DNA from: the human T2T-CHM13v2.0 reference genome, Homo sapiens
DNA length: 64,000 bases
Assembly (NCBI RefSeq): GCF_009914755.1
Contig: NC_060933.1
Direction: 5' to 3' (one strand)
This document shows, in pieces, positions 58,421-64,000 of this stretch. How positions within the stretch are numbered: position 1 is the stretch's first letter; every line of letters begins with the position of its first letter. Position numbers and translations under genes: made by a program. The notes beneath the pieces were generated by a model that saw only the letters and a program-made list of their open reading frames with translations, had not been told where the DNA came from and did no database searches.

Positions 58421-61400
58421 GGGGGGGTCCAGCTCCGTCGCCGCCGCCGTCCGCGCGCCCCCCGGGCGCTCCGCGTCTCTTTGCGGTCGTCCCGCCCCTT
58501 CTCCCTCCGGCCACCCGGGGAATTCCAAGCTCCCTCAGCAGCCAGACCCAGGCCTTGCCCGGTACCCGAGCGCGACCGCCAGGTGGCCCCGAGGGCGGCC
58601 TCTCCCGGGCAGGGGGTTCGCGGGCATCTCAGGCCCGTGGCGAAGGAGAGACCCCTCTGAGCGGAGAGGCGCGCGGCGACCCCGGCCAGCCCGCGCCTCC
58701 GGGCTCACCGTCCACGCGGGTGGCAACTCCAGGCCCTGACGTGGGGCCTTCAGCCACGCGGGTCCTTCCCGCGCGCGGGCAGCCTCATGGCCGCCGGCTC
58801 AGCCTATGTGTGCCCCAACCGTACTGATGCGAGGGGCCTCCGGCCGGCCACCGCGGCTTCTATCGCCTGGCGGTGAAGGGGGTTCCGCTGTCCTCTCGGG
58901 AGGAAGCCCCGGGCCGGGGCGCAGCGGGAGGGTCGGGACCGCGGCCTGCCTCCCTCTGCTGCCCACGCACCAGCATGCGGGACACATAGGTCCTGCCCAG
59001 GTGAGCAGGGCTAGGTGTGGCGCCAGGGCCAGAAGGGAATTCTGAAACGCCTGGCTTCCAAACTGTAAAACCCATTTTTATTGACCACTCTAACAATTGA
59101 CCGGGAGGCACTAGCAGGGGAAGCACAGCGCATTTCCTCATTAGAGTTTTACAGTTTACAACTCGCTGTGGTCGTTGGAAATTAAGGAGGAGTGATTCTC
59201 AGGCGCGGAGCAGGAGGCCAGGCAGGCTGGGGCTTGAATTCCTTCTGAAGCCAAGCCGGGAATTCCGCGCAGGCAGCTCTGAGCTCGGGCTGGGGAGACC
59301 CCCATGCCAGGCCTTGTCTGAGGAGGCTTCCGCCCACCAGCTCCATGTCCCCACATCCGGCTCCCCACAGGGGTGTGTCCCCACCCCATGCTGTGCCCAT
59401 ACTGGCAGGAAAAACTGGGCAGGCTCCCTTCGGGACAGACCCTGGCTGACCGGAGCAGGGTCCTGAGGCCCTGGGGTCCTCCTGGTGGGCTGGGAACCTC
59501 TGTCCCTCAAAGGCACAGCTCAGAGCTCGCTCTGGTCTTCCTGGGGCCGTGATCCCGCTGGTTCTGTTCAGCTCTCTCCTTTGGGCCTCACTGCTTCTCC
59601 CAGGAGCTCTCAAGGGGGCCACGGAGGGTGGAGGGGTGCTCCCCAATATGCAGGTGAGGACACAGTGGAGTCCCGGAGTAGGCCCCCAGCAGAACAGAGA
59701 TGGGCGCTGTGGAGCCCAGGCCCGGGGCAGGGATGGCATGGCCTGGCCTGCCGTGCTCTGCTGGGCACCTTTGGCCTCTTAAGGAGGGGGAGCCGCTGGG
59801 CTGCCTGCTGGTCCCTGGTGCTGGCTGTGTCTCTGGACCTCAGACCAGGGCTGGGTGTGCAGGGTGCTCTGAGCTCACTGTCAGGAGGGCAGGAGCTCTG
59901 TCCTGGGCATTGATGGATTTTGTGCATATGCCCAGGGCCCAGCCAGGCTAGACTGGCAAGAGGCAGAGGGCATGACTGGGGGGTGGGCAGAGCCCTTGGT
60001 GCTCAACAGGCACAGGGCCTCCCCTGGAGGGTGGGTGGTTTGCAAACAGGCCGAAGCCCAGGTGGGCTCAAGCCGGGCCTGGAGAAGGCATTTGGCTATG
60101 CTGTGGGCCAGGAGCAGGGCCTGGGAGAAAGTGCCGTCGGCATCCGTGGCGGCGGCAAACAAAGGGGCCCTGTGTGAGCTCGGTGTGGGAACGCGGGGCC
60201 CCGCCACGGGCGTGAAATCGGCAGCGGCCCCTGGCGAGGGCCAGGCGGTGCGGGCGCCCCGGCAGGCACAGTGAGGCTGGTGTGGCGGCCCTGCAGGGCG
60301 GGAACCTACCCCCTGCCCGGGGTCCAGAGCGGGGTCAGGCAGAGGTGGTGGGGCCTGCCACGGCAGTGTGGCTGTGGCCCAAGGCAGGTACCCAGGCTCA
60401 TCTGTGGGACTCAGAGGCTGGCCACACCACACTGCCCACAGGGAGTTCGCTGAGTGGCCCTGGCTCCTGCTCCTCCACCGTGGCTCCCAGCTCCCCTGGG
60501 CACACCCACGGCCCTGAAGCTGCTCCATTTGAGGATGGGAAGGGGGGAGGGGCCGGGGGGGCAACAGCTCTGAGTCAGCACTTCCCGAATGTTTGCTGAG
60601 GGACATCCAAAAGGTGGACATCTGTTCCAAATGCTGGGACACGGGGGTCCACCTCCAGCCACCCAGTACTTGTGCTCGAGAGGACCCCCTGGTGTTTGCC
60701 GGTGTTGCTTGGAGCCTTCTGCTGTCTGGGAGGCCCTGCCCTGGGACCTGGCAACAGGCTCAGCTCCGACTGTGCAGCTGGGCCCTGTCCTTCCTCCCCT
60801 GCCTGTCCTGAGGATGCTGGCCCCGGGGGTGCCCTGCCTGTAACCCACCTGCCCCCAGAAGGCAATGGTGGGGCCCCTTCTCTTTGCATGCACCCCCTTT
60901 CCTTCCTTCCCTGGAGGCTCAGAGCAGTGGGCAACATGGGGAGGGAGGTCTGTGCGGGGTGGCCGGCCCGCCTGGGAGGGCCCAGGGAGGACAGCGCAGA
61001 AGGGGCAGCTGGCCAGAGCTGGGCCGAGGCCTGCGGCCACCTTAAAGGCGCTAAGCAGGGAGGGAGGGTGGCGGGCAGTGGGGGCGGGGCTTCCAGCTAA
61101 TTCATTAAAATGTGTCGGGAGCGTGGGAAAGAGGAGAGTGTTTCTTCCCAGCAGCCCAGACACCTGGTAGAAGGGCTGAGAGGATCGAGATCAAATAACA
61201 AACACTCAGCCCGGGCCAGCACAGGCCGCGGCGGAGGAAGGACGCCCGGGCAGGAACTGCCGCAGACAATCCCTGCAACCGGTGGCTCCTGCCCGCCGGG
61301 ATGGCTGCTCAAGGCATGGCCTGGCACTGGCAGCCTCGGCCACCCGGTCAGCCTGGTGTCTGTCCCCTAGCCCAGGAAGCAGCCTGATGGGTGCTGACCC

Positions 61401-62851
61401 CAGTGACCGAGGCGTGCTTCCAGCACCTGGACCAGGATGGGAACTGGGCAGAGAGCCTCACCCCCACCAAAGCCTGGGCCTGGGATGGACGCCGCAGAGC
61501 CAGGCCGAGCCTATGCTGGGTAGTGAGGGACGTGTGGAGGCGGGAAACACATATGGCACAGCACGGCCATGGCGGAAAGTGAGGGCGGGTGGAGGCGGGG
61601 CCAGCCGGGAGGGACGGAGGATGTGTGGTTCTGTCTCCTTGCGGCCTCTGCACCACTCTGCCTCCCTCTGCCGAGAGCCAGCAGCAGCACTCGGGCCTGT
61701 GTTGGGAGCAGGATGCAGCCAGGCCGGGTGGAGGGTGGGTGCCCTCAGCCACTCCCTCTTAAACCCTGCCAGGCAGGAGTTCGGTCCGGGGCTGCCTCCC
61801 CAGGACAGGAATGTGGAGCTGGGGTTCCCCTCCCGGAAGCAGATCCCGGTCCCAGAAGGCCCTGACCCTCTCCTGGGGTGCTGCTCTGCTCACCCTGGTG
61901 CCCCCACCTGACTCTCAGGCTCACGCCCTGCGGCTGCCCAGCAGGTCAAGGGGGCAGGTCAAAACTCGAGTTGGCTCTGACACAGGCCAGGCCCTCCCCG
62001 TCTCAGCCTCCCCCTCCCCATCTGTGAAATGACACCCCTGCTGGGGTTGCTGGGGGCTGAAGGGGTTGGGCTGCAGTCCTTAGGGGTACCCAGGGGCAGT
62101 GGCCAGCCCTGGTGTGGTCGGGACCCACAGGGAGGCCCCGACTGGGCCAGTCCAGGGATGCCCAAGGCCTTCGCACCCGAAGCCTGCTCCTTACTCTGGG
62201 CAGAGGCGGCTGCTTCTCCCCAGCCCGCCCCCAGGCCCCTGCTGCCCGAGGCTTCCGCCCACCTCCTCGGCCAAATCTGAGCTGATTTCCGCTCCAGGCA
62301 GGAAGCAGAGGAAAAGGATGTGGGTGAGGGGAGGGGGTACATTCCTGGGATGGTCCCTCCCCGGGCTTCTCCTCCTCTCCCACCTCTGGGACCCCCTGCC
62401 CTCCCTGCTCCACCTGACAGAGCACCCTCGGACCCTCAGGGTGGGCAGCAGTGGCCGCCTGGGCCTCAGCCTCCTCCCAGACAGGGGCAGCAGCAGCTAC
62501 GTCCAGGCAGCTGTGAGGACGGAGACGTTGGCGTCCACGTGTGCAGAGCCCTGGCCATGGCCGGCTGCCCAGGTGCCTCTAGTGGGGGCTGTGGCTGCTG
62601 CTCTCCCGTGGGAATCACGCAGCCCTGACGGGGGTGATGGAGAGACCTCGTGGGTCCCACCAGGCTCGGGGTCCCAGCATCCTGACCATCTGGAAACCCT
62701 GTCTTCCCCCGACAGCGGCTCGGGCTGGGACCCCGCCTTGGTGTTCCCAGCGCTTGCTGGCACAAAGGGGCCCACGAGGGGTTTGTGGGGCGAGCATGAA
62801 ACATGTGAGCCAGTCCACGGCCATGGGCCCAGCAGTCGGGCACTTTCCATG

Positions 62852-62857
62852 TTTATT
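62852..62857 (-). terminator. EXD3 poly(A) signal
   Basis: AATAAA on minus, 12 nt after the stop. Confidence 0.8.
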
Positions 62858-62869
62858 GTCTGGCTGTCC

Positions 62870-63566
62870 TCAGAAGGGACTGCTGGCCGGGCTGGGGGCT
62901 GGGCTCGGCTCGCAGGGGCTGGGGGCGCTCTCCAGCATGTCTCGGAAGTGGGTGGCAACACGACCCAGGTGGGAGCCGTCCCAGAAGACCTTTCCACAGC
63001 CCGTGCAGCAGTAGAAGCACCGCAGCCCAGGTGTCCTCAGCACACCCACCGGGACCCCTGCCAGCTGCAGCCGGGTGCCGTCGGCCAGCATGTCCGGTGT
63101 CTCCGCCCGCAGGTCAGCCATCTGCAGCCAGCGGCAGGGGCGGTCATAGGTGCAGCCCTCAGGGGCTGCGTCTGGGGCTGGGCCTGGACAGATAGAAGTG
63201 GACTCCCTGAGCCCTCAGCCTTCGGGCACGGCCCCCAGGCTGCTCCCAGAGTGGTGCAGTTGGCGGCCCACGCTGAGCCCACGCTCACTCCTCAGCAGCT
63301 CCTCTTTCTGCTCCCTATCCGCTGACTCTGCGTCCTCCACTTCCTCTTCTGTGCCCACTTCTCCTATCCAGGGACCCCACCCCTCACCTTGCAGGCCCTA
63401 GGGCCTACAGGAGCCCCACAGAGCCCCCTCTGCCCGGCCGGGACCCAAGTCCCCCATTCTGGGGGAAGCCTGGCACCAGGGCCGCAGAGAAGCAGCTGTG
63501 TCCTTGGTGGGCGGTCCCGGGGCTCACCTGGCTCCTGCACCGCCTGGCTCTGGGTGGCCTCGTCAC
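62870..63566 (-). CDS. EXD3: Exonuclease 3'-5' domain containing 3 (mut-7 homolog), last two coding exons; the rest lies right of the window
   Basis: Exons 63566-63528 (GDEATQSQAVQEP) and 63183-62870 (...FYCCTGCGKVFWDGSH...SSPF*); CxxCxKxFWxGSH is the Mut7-C zinc-ribbon signature; GT-AG boundaries. Confidence 0.93.
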
Positions 63567-64000
63567 CTGTCAGTCAAGGAAGAGAGCTGGTCCGGGACTG
63601 TCCTAGGGATGGGGCTTGGCAGCCAGCGGGGTCCATGACGCAGCCATGCGGCTGAGCACAGCCACCTCATGGGGTGCAGCCTCTTCACACACCCCCCAGC
63701 CTTCGCAGACGGGCAGAGGGCAGGGGGCCAAGGAGCTGTGGTACCGGCCTGGTCCCCTCCCTTGGGAACTCACACCTCGGAAAGGTCTTGGGGCTCAAAG
63801 GTCCCTGGGAAACATGTTCTAGGCGCGAGATCTGCTGATTAGGGCTCTTGGGGGCCTGAGAACCGGCGGGCGGGGGCGGGGGCAGCCCATTTGTGGTGAT
63901 GAGCAGATAAGCCCACTGCCAGTGAGTGAATTTCGAAATCAGCCAGCACAAGGGTGGGCGGGTGGGCAGGGCCCAGGGACTGCCAGGCTCAGGGTCTGTT

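Noticed and set aside
57849-58514. 336-aa extended NRARP ORF call
   Set aside because: Begins upstream of the TATA box with a non-ATG codon; openness is explained by extreme GC content. A near-cognate start within the leader cannot be excluded.

Overview
Human genomic DNA: GC-rich, Alu-dense, with the gene order of subtelomeric 9q34.3 (recognised from the protein sequences). In order: 5' part of CIMIP2A/FAM166A (minus, 5 coding exons, runs off the left edge), STPG3 (plus, 6 exons), NELFB (plus, 13 exons; 580 aa from AUG or 628 aa from an upstream in-frame CUG), TOR4A (plus, single coding exon, 423 aa), about 15 kb of Alu/L1/SVA-rich intergenic DNA with an orphan CpG island, NRARP (minus, intronless, 114 aa) and the last two exons of EXD3 (minus). 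Exon boundaries were read by hand and the complete models sum to whole codons. Mobile elements include dozens of Alus, a solo LTR13 with a target-site duplication, MER21/MLT1/LTR16-type LTR relics, a 5'-truncated SVA and DNA-transposon relics; several minisatellites are present. I see no CRISPR array and no new multi-gene system. The most interesting signals are regulatory: (1) a perfect OCT-SOX composite fused to the NRARP TATA box; (2) two NRARP uORFs, one ending in an AUGA overlap with the main start; (3) a candidate paired RBPJ site; (4) a tandem repeat that copies the NELFB exon-5 splice donor four extra times; (5) an intragenic duplication in STPG3 that may create an 11-nt microexon; (6) a 23x G5 minisatellite just after the NELFB poly(A) signal. 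Repeat family names are from recollection of consensus sequences, not from a database search.
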